Position numbers and translations under genes: made by a program. This document shows positions 9,791 through 20,040 of a DNA stretch of 64,000 nt, piece by piece. Source of the DNA: a virus; IMG/VR virus record IMGVR_UViG_3300045988_135589, positions 1-64,000 of that record. One strand, 5' to 3'. How positions within the stretch are numbered: the first letter of the stretch is position 1; every line of letters begins with the position of its first letter. Below the pieces are notes generated by a model, which saw nothing but the letters and a program-made list of their open reading frames with translations, made no database searches and was not told where the DNA came from.

Positions 9791-11017
9791 ATGGTGTACG
9801 TACAGGACATAAATGGTAAACCTATGATGCCCACAACAAGGCATGGTAAGGTAAGACGACTGCTTAAAGACAAGAAGGCAGTCGTTGTGAACCTATGTCC
9901 GTTTACCATCAAATTAATGTACGTAACATCTGATTACAAACAGGAAATTGTGTTAGGCGTTGATGCTGGTACTAAACATGTTGGTTTATCGGCTACAACG
10001 AAAAGCAAAGAACTTTACAGCAGTGAAGTTATTCTTAGAAATGATATTGTAGATCTTTTGTCTACCAGAAGGGAGCTACGAAGATCAAGACGAAATAGAT
10101 TGAGATATAGAAAACCTCGTTTTGATAATAGAATAAAAAGTAAGCGTCCGGGATGGGTAGCACCTTCGGTGAAATACAAAGTAGACGCCCATATTCATAT
10201 TATTGACAATGTATGTTCTATATTACCAATATCTCGTATTGTTATCGAAGTAGCTCAATTTGATACTCAAAAGATTAACAATCCTAATATATCAGGTAAA
10301 GAATATCAGGAGGGTGATCAACTTGGATTTTGGAACGTTAGGGAATATGTTTTAGCAAGAGATGGACATAAATGCCAGTATTGTAAAGGAAAGTCAAAAG
10401 ACCCAGTATTGAATGTTCATCATCTTGAGTCTCGAAAAACCGGAGGCGATTCCCCATCTAATCTTATTACCTTATGTGAAACTTGTCATAAAGAATACCA
10501 TAAAGGTAATATAGATTTGAAGATCAAACGGGGATCGTCGCCTCGCGACGCAGCCGTAATGGGAATAATGAAATGGAGATTGTATGAAGAACTAAAATCT
10601 AAATACGACAACATTTCTATGACTTTCGGTTATGTTACAAAATACAATAGGATTAAACATGGTATTGAAAAATCTCATGTTTTCGATGCATTTGTTATTT
10701 CTAAAAACTTTGATGCTATAAGGTTAGGTTATTATTATAAAGTAAGATTAGTAAGAAGACATAATCGTCAGATCCATAAACAAAAGATTCCAAAAGGAGG
10801 GATAAAAAGACCAAATCAATCTCCTTTTGAAGTTTTTGGTTTCCGATTGTTTGATAGGGTTATGTTTGAAAACAGTTATTACTTTATATTTGCAAGGCGT
10901 AAAACCGGTAGTTTTAATATTCGAGATATTGATGGTAAAAAACAAAGAGATATTACATACAAGAAATTGAAATTATCAAGGTGTAAACGCTTTATGGTGC
11001 AAAAGGAAATGGATTGA
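9791..11017 (+). CDS. iscB: IscB-like RNA-guided nuclease (OMEGA; RuvC-HNH, Cas9 ancestor family), 408 aa
   Basis: The N-terminus carries a PLMP-like motif (KPMMPTTRHGKVRRLL). The RuvC-I motif is GVDAGTKHVGLSA. An arginine-rich bridge helix follows (RRELRRSRRNRLRYRKPRF). RuvC-II carries a Glu (IVIEVAQFD). The HNH motif is CQYC...NVHHLESRK...SNLITLCETCHKEYH. RuvC-III is H-x-x-DA (SHVFDAFVIS). All catalytic residues are present. Confidence 0.85.
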   Translation: MVYVQDINGKPMMPTTRHGKVRRLLKDKKAVVVNLCPFTIKLMYVTSDYKQEIVLGVDAGTKHVGLSATTKSKELYSSEVILRNDIVDLLSTRRELRRSRRNRLRYRKPRFDNRIKSKRPGWVAPSVKYKVDAHIHIIDNVCSILPISRIVIEVAQFDTQKINNPNISGKEYQEGDQLGFWNVREYVLARDGHKCQYCKGKSKDPVLNVHHLESRKTGGDSPSNLITLCETCHKEYHKGNIDLKIKRGSSPRDAAVMGIMKWRLYEELKSKYDNISMTFGYVTKYNRIKHGIEKSHVFDAFVISKNFDAIRLGYYYKVRLVRRHNRQIHKQKIPKGGIKRPNQSPFEVFGFRLFDRVMFENSYYFIFARRKTGSFNIRDIDGKKQRDITYKKLKLSRCKRFMVQKEMD

Positions 11018-11511
11018 TTAATTTGAATAAAAATATAGACATGAATCGTTGGTTTGAAATCACAGTAAAAGCCGAGATTGATAATATCGAGAACGGCAAA
11101 AAAAAGAAAGTAACTGAAAAGTATTTGGTAGATGCCTTGTCTTATACAGAGGCAGAATCAAGATCTTTGGAGATTTTCAAGGATTTGTACAATTCTTTCG
11201 AGGTTGTAAAAATTAATCCTATTAAAGTGTCGGAAATCTTCTTCAACGGAGAAGCTGAGTACTGGTATAAGTGTAAGGTGAATTACATTACACTGGATGA
11301 AAAGAAAGGTAAAGAAAAGAAAACGCCATGCTATATGTATGTCCAGGCCGGCAATCCGAAAGACGCTGAGGCTGTGTTAACTAAAGGTATGCAGGGCACG
11401 TTAGGAGACTGGAATTGTGAGTCTATTGCAGAAACGAAAATCATTGAAGTGTTTAAATACGATCTGCAAAAAGGCGTAGAAAAATTGGGAGAAAAGAAAA
11501 CTGATGAGTGA
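11014..11511 (+). CDS. hypothetical protein (165 aa)
   Basis: ORF immediately 3' of iscB. It is not a TnpA-like protein (no HuH/Y1 motifs seen). Confidence 0.5.
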   Translation: MINLNKNIDMNRWFEITVKAEIDNIENGKKKKVTEKYLVDALSYTEAESRSLEIFKDLYNSFEVVKINPIKVSEIFFNGEAEYWYKCKVNYITLDEKKGKEKKTPCYMYVQAGNPKDAEAVLTKGMQGTLGDWNCESIAETKIIEVFKYDLQKGVEKLGEKKTDE

Positions 11512-11709
11512 TGTTATTTCCCGTGTAGCACTTGCGACGGCAATTGTATTATTGGTAGTGGCAAGTGCTACTTTACTGATAGTGATTAAGACAGAAGAGG
11601 TACCAAGATGGTTAATGAACTTACCATATACGTTGTCTTTAACGGCGTTATCCCTTTCAACTATATCGCTTATATCTAAATATATATCGCTTGTATTGAA
11701 ATACAAAAA

Positions 11710-12225
11710 GTGGAAAAGAAATTATACGTCTGCGAAAAATGCGGACGAAAAGTGATGATAAGAAGTCATGGCTTATGCCAGGCTTGCAGGAGCAAAGAGT
11801 TGACTCCGAAGAAAAAAAACAGAATTACATCCATTAAAAACAGCAACAAGAAGAAAAAGTTAGAGAGCCCGGATTTATCCGGGTTTTTTCGTCTTATGCT
11901 GGAAGAGTTGAGTAGTATTCGGATGTCTATGACCGGTAAGGCTATTCATTTTCCTACAGTATGTAACGTATGTCACATACTTCCGAAAAGGATATATAAG
12001 TCGGTTGCTACTTGCAGGGATAATATAGTTTTCCTTCATGAATCGGAGCATACGGTATTCGACATGTATCTTGACCGGATGGAATTTGATAAACTTGAAA
12101 CAGAATTTCCTTTTGTATGGAAGTATGCGGTAAAGAAGGTGCTGGATATGGAAAGCAGGGGAATGATTAAAGAAAGAGGTAGATTAATTATTGAAATAAT
12201 TGACAGATATGAGAAAACTTTATAA
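11710..12225 (+). CDS. zinc-ribbon hypothetical protein (171 aa)
   Basis: N-terminal motif CEKCGRK...HGLCQACR. Confidence 0.5.
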   Translation: MEKKLYVCEKCGRKVMIRSHGLCQACRSKELTPKKKNRITSIKNSNKKKKLESPDLSGFFRLMLEELSSIRMSMTGKAIHFPTVCNVCHILPKRIYKSVATCRDNIVFLHESEHTVFDMYLDRMEFDKLETEFPFVWKYAVKKVLDMESRGMIKERGRLIIEIIDRYEKTL

Positions 12226-12381
12226 AATAAGAATAGAAGCCGACAATGAAACTATCTTTTATGCTCACATACAAAGAGAGAGTTATGGTAAGGATATAGC
12301 TATCGCAGTGAAAGATAGAGATAAAGATGAAGTGGAAACGGTGTTACATTGTATTAAAGAAGAATTAATTAGAGGAAGATC

Positions 12382-13698
12382 ATGAAAGATAAAATAAAAA
12401 TATTGACAGATTTAGGGTTTATACCTATGGTGGAAGGAGAAGGAAATACGTTGTTTAGAATGAACGATGTTGTGATGTCGGTGTCAGATCCTAATCAAAC
12501 ACCAGAGCAATTAAAGAAAGAAGTTATGTCTTTGATAAAGAACAAGGATATGGCAGAAAGAAGCGGACAGGCTCCAGTGGTTAAAGAGCCGGCGCCTGAG
12601 CCAGAGCAGGCCCAGGGAGAAGAACCGGAAGCTCCGGCAGAGGAAGCAGATCCTAACCCTGGAGAAGAAGATTCGAATCCGTTTATAGAAAATCAGGAAA
12701 CATTAGAGCCATTTTATATCTGCGATGAGTTGAAGAAGATTGAGACTCCTAAATTCGTAAGATTGACATTAGACGATAATCGTTTTTATGTAAGGAAGAT
12801 GGATGATGGAACGGCCAAGATATATGCTTCAGTAACAACCTTAATCAAAGATGGATATGTCGATGATAAGACCGCACTTCAGGAATGGAAGCAAGAGATG
12901 AAGATGCTTGGTCGCAATCCGGAAGAGGTGGCGCAGTATGAAGCTGATAAGGGAACGATCATGCACTATCTGTACGGATTGTATCTAACAGGTAGAGATA
13001 TGGTCTTAAATCGAAGCTTTGTGGTTAAGACAGTGCAAGAAGGTAAGCTGAAGATATCTAAGAAAAATCTTGATCGGTTCTTTAACAGTATTGATGATCT
13101 TGATGATATGATTGTCAGAATTATGAAGTTTGCCAAATTTTGTTCAGAGTATAAGGTTAAGCCGATGATGATTGAAAGAATATTGTCATTAGAAGACTAT
13201 TTGGTAGCTACGCCGATAGATGCGATGGTTAAAATGACATTCAAATACAAAGAAGAAGGTTATTTTGGAGCCGTGTATCAAAGGGCCACAGGGCAGTTTA
13301 AGAAAGGTGATCCGAAGAAGGAGGTAAGAGAAGTGGAGAAGGAAGAAGTGGTTATTCTCGACTTTAAATCAGGGGGAATATGGGAATCATACGCATTTCA
13401 ATTAGAAGCTGAAAGAAGAATGGTTAAAGCATGGTATGGGATTGATGCACGTATTATGAACTTTTCTCCAAAAAGCACGAGTAGCAAAGGATATACGCTG
13501 AAAGAATGGACAGAAGACAGTATAGCACTTGAAAAGGCGGACTGCGTGTTCCAGCAAGGGATGTTGAATCACATTAGAAAAGACAAGAGGTTTAAAGTGA
13601 GAAAAGGAGTATTGAATATCAACAAGCCGTACAATGAAGAGGATCATATTGTTGTATATGATATTGCTGAGGAAATGTCTAAAAGATTCATAATATGA
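12382..13698 (+). CDS. PD-(D/E)XK (RecB/Cas4-like) nuclease-family protein, 438 aa
   Basis: The C-terminal half has the ordered motifs ATPIDAMV (D), ILDFKSG (D-x-K) and YAFQLEAERRMV (QxxxY-type). The acidic, Pro-rich N-terminal region looks like a linker. Confidence 0.5.
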   Translation: MKDKIKILTDLGFIPMVEGEGNTLFRMNDVVMSVSDPNQTPEQLKKEVMSLIKNKDMAERSGQAPVVKEPAPEPEQAQGEEPEAPAEEADPNPGEEDSNPFIENQETLEPFYICDELKKIETPKFVRLTLDDNRFYVRKMDDGTAKIYASVTTLIKDGYVDDKTALQEWKQEMKMLGRNPEEVAQYEADKGTIMHYLYGLYLTGRDMVLNRSFVVKTVQEGKLKISKKNLDRFFNSIDDLDDMIVRIMKFAKFCSEYKVKPMMIERILSLEDYLVATPIDAMVKMTFKYKEEGYFGAVYQRATGQFKKGDPKKEVREVEKEEVVILDFKSGGIWESYAFQLEAERRMVKAWYGIDARIMNFSPKSTSSKGYTLKEWTEDSIALEKADCVFQQGMLNHIRKDKRFKVRKGVLNINKPYNEEDHIVVYDIAEEMSKRFII

Positions 13699-14267
13699 GC
13701 GATATTGTTATTCCTAAAGGAGATTATGTGGAAATCGTAAAACCGATACATATCAATCCTTTTGGTTATTGTTTTATTAACATCAAAAGGGGTTCAAGAT
13801 TAAGATTATCGGAAGATTTGAAAATAGGAGATAAGTATGCAATATACATACTCGTATCTTATGAGAAATATGGCAAGACCGTTAAAATGATAATGCCTAT
13901 ACTGGCCAGAAATACAAGAAGGGTATGAGAAGAAAGATTAGGAGAACAGGAGAGATAATAGACGTAATTACCTTTAGCGGTTCAACTATAAGGAGTGATT
14001 ATGACAAAATACAGTTCTATGATAGTAATGGAAGTGTGATAAATGGGAGTTTAAATTATTATCTCGATACCCTTCCTGTGGATGATGAAAACAAAGACGT
14101 AGATTGGGAACAACGTAGATTCGATCTTGTTAAAGCCTATTCTATTGAGTTTATCAAAATGCAAGATAGAAAAGGAGAGATAGATTGCGGGGTATATATA
14201 CCAGATGTGGTGTCATGGTCTATAACTATAGCAGATAGAATCATAGAAGCAATGAGAGGAGTTAAAA

Positions 14268-15281
14268 ATGCTTGATTTCAGAAAATACGAAAACGTACCT
14301 CGGTTTCAACTTGACCGCAGGCCTGGCAGGAGCCGGCTGAAGCTAACCTGCCCAGCTTGTGGGAAAAGCCGGTGCCTCACCCCTTATATTGATGTGGCAA
14401 CAGGTCAGGTTGTTGGAAACGAGTTCGGAAGATGTGATCATGAACGGACATGTGGTTATGATAAACGACCAACTGGTAAGGATGTAGGAGACAAAGATCT
14501 TTGGATTTCAGGAAATAAATGCATAAGAGCTTATCGTCCTCCTGTAAATCCTGACGTTGTAAATTACATACCTTTTAGCGAGTTTGAGAGGACTGTAGTT
14601 CCAGACGATAGAAACACCGTATTTAGATTTTTATCGTCTCTATGGGGGAAAGAAAGGGTATCTGATGTGTTCAGAAGGTATCATGTCGGAACAATGGACT
14701 TATGGGGATGGAAGGGGTGTTGTATATTCTGGCAGATAGATAAGGACTTTGTATGTAGAACCGGCAAGATTATGGATTTTTACATAAAGACCGACAGCCA
14801 GGGGAATGAGATTGATGTAAAAAGAGTGAAGGAAAAAGACGGTGACAATGAGCGACCTCATGTCATGTTTTATCACTCGTTGCATGCAAGAGACTTCTTG
14901 TTTAGACAATGCCTGTTTGGAGAACATCTTCTAAGCCAGTATCCGGATAAGGTAGTTAATTTGGTGGAGTCAGAAAAGACGGCTATTATATGCGCCGTGA
15001 ATAAACCAGATGAGTTGTTTGTAGCTACCGGTGGGTTGCAGAATTTAAGACCGGAAGTGATAGATGTTTTAAAAGATAGAAAGACTGTAGCTTTTCCGGA
15101 CAAAGGACAAGCATTTGACACATGGAGTAAAAAGATAGATGGGATGATGATGAAGTCAAGGATAAAAGTATCGGACTATCTTCAAAATGTTGAAAATGTA
15201 GGAGACGGAGATGATGTGGCAGATTTGATAATTAATAATAAAGTAAAAGAAAAATATTATGAGCCTGGACGTTTATATTAA
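14268..15281 (+). CDS. putative primase-like protein (Cys/His zinc-binding N-terminus + TOPRIM-like segment), 337 aa
   Basis: The N-terminus carries CPACGKSRC...CDHERTC. A downstream acidic-residue pattern resembles TOPRIM (VESEKTAIICA ... AFPDKGQAF). It sits in a replication-gene neighbourhood. The assignment is tentative. Confidence 0.4.
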   Translation: MLDFRKYENVPRFQLDRRPGRSRLKLTCPACGKSRCLTPYIDVATGQVVGNEFGRCDHERTCGYDKRPTGKDVGDKDLWISGNKCIRAYRPPVNPDVVNYIPFSEFERTVVPDDRNTVFRFLSSLWGKERVSDVFRRYHVGTMDLWGWKGCCIFWQIDKDFVCRTGKIMDFYIKTDSQGNEIDVKRVKEKDGDNERPHVMFYHSLHARDFLFRQCLFGEHLLSQYPDKVVNLVESEKTAIICAVNKPDELFVATGGLQNLRPEVIDVLKDRKTVAFPDKGQAFDTWSKKIDGMMMKSRIKVSDYLQNVENVGDGDDVADLIINNKVKEKYYEPGRLY

Positions 15282-15837
15282 GAGCAAGAAGAAAGAAGAG
15301 GATCGTAAATGGGTTACAAACATCACCCACAACATGAACAAGATGGCACAAAAAATATTCGTATCAGAAAATAAAGAAACGCTGTACGATTATGTTTGGA
15401 GACCGGAAGAATTGGGTAGGGAAATAGATACCAAAGAGATGGCGAAGATACTCACAAAAGGTATATATATTATGATATCCAAGAGAAAGAGCCTTTTGAG
15501 ATACGAACCAGAAAATGGATGGGGGTCTTATGATTCATTTCTTAAGTTTCTTATCGAATACAAAGAGGCATGTGAAGATAATCCAGGGTATGTAATTGAA
15601 GCAAGTAGATAACATGGAAAATTATAAAAACACTTTAGACGAGGTAGTGGTGATCGAATCATCACCAGAAACGTATTTTGTTTATGCTATTCGTAATGCT
15701 ATTCGTATCTCTAAATGTGCGTATCCTACAGCCAAGAAAGTAATTTTCAAAAGAGAGGACGTAGAGGTGGAGATCTCGGAAATGGAAACTGAAAGCAGTT
15801 TGTATGAAAAGTTTAAAGAGAAACAAAAGGATAGAGT

Positions 15838-16404
15838 ATGGAACTCAATGTGCGGCAACAACGGATTTTAAGAGGCGAAATTTGCCCTTATTGCGGAAGG
15901 GAAACTGAGCTGGTAAATGCCGATAAAATATATAGCAGAAAAGGCTTAGGGATGGTTATGATGTGTAAACCATGCAATGCTTATGTCGGTGTTCATGAAT
16001 CAGGGCCGAATAAGGGAAAAGCTAAAGGCCGGCTTGCAGGACCATCACTGAGGTCTCTTAAGGTAAGAGTCCATGCCGAACTTGATAGACTATGGTCTAC
16101 GCCGGAAGAACGGGAAAGGATGTATAAAGATTTATCCGAATTTCTATCTATACCAGAAGAATACACGCATATAGGTATGTTCGGCGAGAAGACGATGGGG
16201 AAAGTCTTTCAGTTCTGTCATATAAATAAAGAACGATCAGGTTCGAGGATAGAATGGCATAAACCTGGAGATAAGTGTCCTAATAAGAATAATCAAATAG
16301 TGTCAGGGAGTAGTGCATGCAGGGGATGTCCTGAGTATCTTCATGATGAGAAAGACGGATATGTTTGGTGTGATCCTGATATGAGCTACGGCAGGTTGAA
16401 ATAG
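15838..16404 (+). CDS. zinc-finger hypothetical protein (188 aa)
   Basis: Multiple CxxC pairs (CPYCGRE, CKPCNAY, CRGCPEY). Confidence 0.5.
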   Translation: MELNVRQQRILRGEICPYCGRETELVNADKIYSRKGLGMVMMCKPCNAYVGVHESGPNKGKAKGRLAGPSLRSLKVRVHAELDRLWSTPEERERMYKDLSEFLSIPEEYTHIGMFGEKTMGKVFQFCHINKERSGSRIEWHKPGDKCPNKNNQIVSGSSACRGCPEYLHDEKDGYVWCDPDMSYGRLK

Positions 16405-16417
16405 GGCGCGAATTGCC

Positions 16418-16425
16418 TATCTTTG
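16418..16425 (+). promoter_or_regulatory. Candidate -7 box TATCTTTG upstream of the 16457 ORF and helicase
   Basis: Exact TAnnTTTG match about 32 nt upstream of the ATG at 16457. Confidence 0.3.
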
Positions 16426-16456
16426 TGCTATTATTAATCAAAAAAAATATAAGCAC

Positions 16457-16735
16457 ATGGGTAGATCGACAGAGTACTACAGGACTCATCCCGAAGCCAG
16501 GAAGAAAAAGGCTAAAAAAGACAAGGAGATAAATGCCAGACCGGAACAGAAAGCCAAACGCCGGGAACTTGGTCGTAAAAACTACGAAACGGACAAGAAG
16601 AAGGGCAAGGGCTGGAGGAAAGGCAAGGATTGTTCTCATACCAAGAACGGTCTTAGGTATAAATCAGTAAAAGCTAATAGGGGATCCAAGTCGGATACGA
16701 AAGGTGACAAAAATGCAAGAGGAGATAGCAAATAG
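16457..16735 (+). CDS. highly basic (K/R-rich) small protein, possibly nucleic-acid binding (92 aa)
   Basis: About 40% K/R residues. It overlaps the helicase start. Confidence 0.45.
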   Translation: MGRSTEYYRTHPEARKKKAKKDKEINARPEQKAKRRELGRKNYETDKKKGKGWRKGKDCSHTKNGLRYKSVKANRGSKSDTKGDKNARGDSK

Positions 16736-17813
16736 GATAGATATAAGAAGGATATTCAAGACCTCTAAACAGGTTATGGAAGAGGCGTATGAGAATATCT
16801 TGAAATACAGGCGGGGAGAGCTTATCCCCGCTAAAACAGGATACGATTATATTGACGAGGCTTTGCTTGGAGGCATTTTCCCTCAGCATGCTATTGCCAT
16901 AGGAGCCCGGCCATCTGTAGGTAAATCGTATGTGGCTCAAAAGATATTGGAAAATGTGATGAATCCGATGATTAACCCGCAAGCAGAAGATTATTTTCTT
17001 GTTAATTGCGAGTTCGAAATGAATCCTCAAGATCTTCTTCTTCGCAGAATGAGCCAGGATATGAAAAAGCGGGCTCCTGAAATATTAAGAAGGCAAGATT
17101 CTAATACAGTAGAAGAGATGAGGATGTTTGAAATCCTTCAAGGTGAAATCAGAAATAATATAATATACATCGACGCTCCGTGTACGGTAAAAGAGTTTGA
17201 GGCGGCTGTGTATCATATAGCTACCAGACACAAGGACAAACGTCTTATAATATTTAAAGTCGATCATATTGCTTTGATAAAAAGAATGGGGTTAGATCCT
17301 AAGTCGGCTATAGATGATTTGGTGGCGGTTATGAACGAAGCCAAATTAGTGTATAAAAACATATTTTTCCTCATCATATCCCAATTCAACAGAGAGATAG
17401 AAGGAAGGATAAAAAGCCCTCAAGAGCAGCCTCCGCGTCTTTCTGATTTTTACCAATCTGATACACTGGGTCAGTTATGTACGTTAATGATAGGTTTGCA
17501 TAATCCTCGTCGGTACGGGCTGGATAAGTATATGATATTTGGGAAAGACTGGTATCAGACTCTTGATCGGTTTAAAACTGAAAACAAAACATCATTCAGA
17601 ACAGCCGGACTGGTGTTTCATCATATACTGAAGGTAAGGCAAGTTAGTATGGAAGAGCTTACTAATACAATCCACCCAGAGATTCTGCCAGGGCATGGAT
17701 GGATGTACGGGGAGGGAGGGACGAAGTTCGTGAATCCCAACCAGCCGCCGACGCCGCCCAAGCTCTATACTGTGGAAGACGTTACGGATAATCAAGAACA
17801 GTCAGTATATTAA
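16704..17813 (+). CDS. DnaB-like replicative helicase (RecA-fold C-terminal domain only), 369 aa
   Basis: H1/Walker A motif TGYDYIDEALLGG...IAIGARPSVGKSYVA. Walker B-like motif LIIFKVDHIALI. An H4-like motif ISQFNREIEGR is also present. Confidence 0.75.
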   Translation: MTKMQEEIANRIDIRRIFKTSKQVMEEAYENILKYRRGELIPAKTGYDYIDEALLGGIFPQHAIAIGARPSVGKSYVAQKILENVMNPMINPQAEDYFLVNCEFEMNPQDLLLRRMSQDMKKRAPEILRRQDSNTVEEMRMFEILQGEIRNNIIYIDAPCTVKEFEAAVYHIATRHKDKRLIIFKVDHIALIKRMGLDPKSAIDDLVAVMNEAKLVYKNIFFLIISQFNREIEGRIKSPQEQPPRLSDFYQSDTLGQLCTLMIGLHNPRRYGLDKYMIFGKDWYQTLDRFKTENKTSFRTAGLVFHHILKVRQVSMEELTNTIHPEILPGHGWMYGEGGTKFVNPNQPPTPPKLYTVEDVTDNQEQSVY

Positions 17814-17879
17814 AAAGGTAATAAAATTGAAATTTCAGGTAGTATCGTAATAGGTTTAAATAAAGGATGGAAACAAAAG

Positions 17880-18226
17880 ATTAATCTTGGAAAGAAGATT
17901 AATCAAAAGTTTGTTGAAATACCTTTTCAAGACTTATAGACAAAATATCCTATAAATGTAAGTTGGTAGGTATCAGCTTTCAAATTAATGAAGAATCCTA
18001 TACATCAAAGGTTGATCATTTAGCTTTTGAGAAATTAGGGAAACATGATGTTTACTTAGGCAAAAGAAAGAAACGTGGATTATTCCAAAGCTCAGTTGGA
18101 AAGTTGTTAAATGCGGATATCAATGGAGCTATTGGGATAGGTAGAAAAGTATTCGGTGATTCATTTGTAAACATGATAATCGATAGTGGGTTTGCGTTTA
18201 ACCCGATTAGAGTAAACATTTTGTAA
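17880..18226 (+). pseudogene. TnpB (IS200/IS605 OrfB, Cas12-like) C-terminal relic
   Basis: ORF 17963-18226 encodes ...VGISFQINEESYTSKVDH...RGLFQSSVGKLLNADINGAIGIGRK. The TnpB hallmarks YTSK and NADxNAAxNI are retained. The zinc-finger cysteines are replaced, and upstream TnpB sequence is lost or frameshifted. Confidence 0.5.
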
Positions 18227-18269
18227 TATAGATGTGAATTTAATGAATAAAATTTAAAATTTTAATAAC

Positions 18270-18872
18270 GTGAGACTTACAGTAGAAGAAAACGAATACC
18301 TGATAAGTAAGTTCCTTTTGGTTCTTACTGAGTTTGCAGGAGATGAAAGAGAGATGTTTTTAATCAACTCCATACATGATAAGGCGGTGGCGGATATGAA
18401 TTATCGTCTTCCGTCTTTAATAAGCAGAGAACGTAAAAGACGAGTCATTGAGCTCCTTAAAGAAGGAACCAGAATAATCAAGGACTTTTCCGGCTATGCA
18501 GGTGATATGGGTATGATTAACGAATACGATCGTTTAAAGAAAGAAATAGGAACCGTCCAAGACCAGCTTGGTGACGTAGAAGGTCAACTTCGGGCAGCAG
18601 GAGAAGTTATTAAAAAAGAACTTGATATGATTGCTGACCGAATCAAAGAAGACCTCCTCGACCGAGAGCTGGCTAAAAGTAATGCCGAGGCCGAAAGAAA
18701 AGCCAAAGTAGATCCGAGATACGAAGTAGCTTTAGGTGATTACAAGGAGATGCTGGAAGTGATTTTTGCAACCAGAAACAAGTATTCTACGGTAGATTCT
18801 GTACATGACGATCTTCGACAGTCGGTATCTACCGGTAGAAATTCGATTATCAAAGAAGGATACAACAGTTAA
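18270..18872 (+). CDS. hypothetical coiled-coil protein (200 aa, GTG start)
   Basis: ORF starting with GTG per the supplied track. Its charged helical segments are coiled-coil-like. Confidence 0.45.
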   Translation: MRLTVEENEYLISKFLLVLTEFAGDEREMFLINSIHDKAVADMNYRLPSLISRERKRRVIELLKEGTRIIKDFSGYAGDMGMINEYDRLKKEIGTVQDQLGDVEGQLRAAGEVIKKELDMIADRIKEDLLDRELAKSNAEAERKAKVDPRYEVALGDYKEMLEVIFATRNKYSTVDSVHDDLRQSVSTGRNSIIKEGYNS

Positions 18873-19087
18873 AAACAAGGAGGAAATATGGAAAAGAAGG
18901 AATTTAAAGTAGGAGAAGTATTTACTGCCGGACTTGTAAGATTAAAATGTGTGGAAGGTGATAAATGCGATAGGTGTATATTCGAAGATTACGATTCTTG
19001 TTCATGTACAGACATAATTATTGGTCCATGTGGACATGTTGATAGACAAGATAACAAGAATGTTATTTTTATTAAAGCTGATTAAGA

Positions 19088-19801
19088 ATGTACATCAATT
19101 TCAGACAACTTGCAGCATCAGACATGACTCCTAATGATCTCGCTAATCTTCTTGCCATAAGACAGAAGGATGCGGTTATGATCGAAGCCATGCCGGAAGA
19201 AGATGCTGGTAGATATATAGAACTTGGCCTGGTTGAGAAATTAAAATCAGGTGTGATGAGATTAACCAACAAAGGAACGTCTTTTGTGAATTATATAGAG
19301 ACACCGGAAATGACGGACGAGGTTCTGGAAACGTTGAAGATTATGATAGGAATGTACGAATCATATTCAAAAGACATAGGTGTCAGCAGAAAAGAAGCGG
19401 AATCCAGATTGTGTTGGTTTATGGGTAATACTTCATTTAAGAAAGAGGTCATACTTCAGGTAACGGAATCTTATATAACAGAGTCAGGAGATTATACAAT
19501 GAGCTTATGTAACTTCATATGGAAACCGCCTTCTCAGGCTTTTTCAGTCCATATGAACCTTAAAAACTCAAAGCTCTTTGACTTAATAGCTGAAAAATTT
19601 AAGATCGCTACTGAGCCTTATTTGGAGCCTAAGAAGAATAAGGAAATGGATTGGTTGTTTGCCGTATCTAAATTGCCTACGCCGCCGGCTAAAGGAAATC
19701 CGGATTATTTGTTTACCGGAAGTTCGGAAACAGACAAAGAGAGGTTGAAAAACATAAAAACGTATTTATTTAACAAAATTATAAAGCAATGGAAAAAGTA
19801 A
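19088..19801 (+). CDS. hypothetical protein (237 aa)
   Basis: ORF immediately upstream of and overlapping the ACP gene. No convincing catalytic motif was found. Confidence 0.55.
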   Translation: MYINFRQLAASDMTPNDLANLLAIRQKDAVMIEAMPEEDAGRYIELGLVEKLKSGVMRLTNKGTSFVNYIETPEMTDEVLETLKIMIGMYESYSKDIGVSRKEAESRLCWFMGNTSFKKEVILQVTESYITESGDYTMSLCNFIWKPPSQAFSVHMNLKNSKLFDLIAEKFKIATEPYLEPKKNKEMDWLFAVSKLPTPPAKGNPDYLFTGSSETDKERLKNIKTYLFNKIIKQWKK

Positions 19802-20040
19802 GAATTAGAAAGATAATAGAGGATATAATTATTACTCAGTTTCTTAATTCGGAAATGGATATAGTTCATGAAGAAGATGTGTCGTTTAAAGAACTTGGAT
19901 TAGATTCTATTGATCGAATTGAGCTTGATGCGATGGTGGAACAAAAATTCAATATCGTTATTATTGATTATGATACAGAATCCATCAAAGATATGACTGA
20001 TCTTGTTTACAAAATAATAACAGAAGGATATGGGAAATGA
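19789..20040 (+). CDS. acpP: acyl carrier protein (83 aa)
   Basis: Canonical phosphopantetheine-attachment site LGLDSIDRIELDAMVEQKF, matching [20 protein letters not shown]. The protein is small and acidic. Confidence 0.8.
   Translation: MEKVRIRKIIEDIIITQFLNSEMDIVHEEDVSFKELGLDSIDRIELDAMVEQKFNIVIIDYDTESIKDMTDLVYKIITEGYGK

Noticed and set aside
11014-11511. TnpA (Y1 HuH transposase) partner of IscB
   Set aside because: The 165-aa protein lacks the HuH motif and catalytic Tyr context. IscB here appears to be a solo gene.
19088-19801. Phosphopantetheinyl transferase upstream of the ACP
   Set aside because: KEA and DIGV tripeptides are present but adjacent. Real PPTase motifs 2 and 3 lie about 40 residues apart, so the architecture does not fit.
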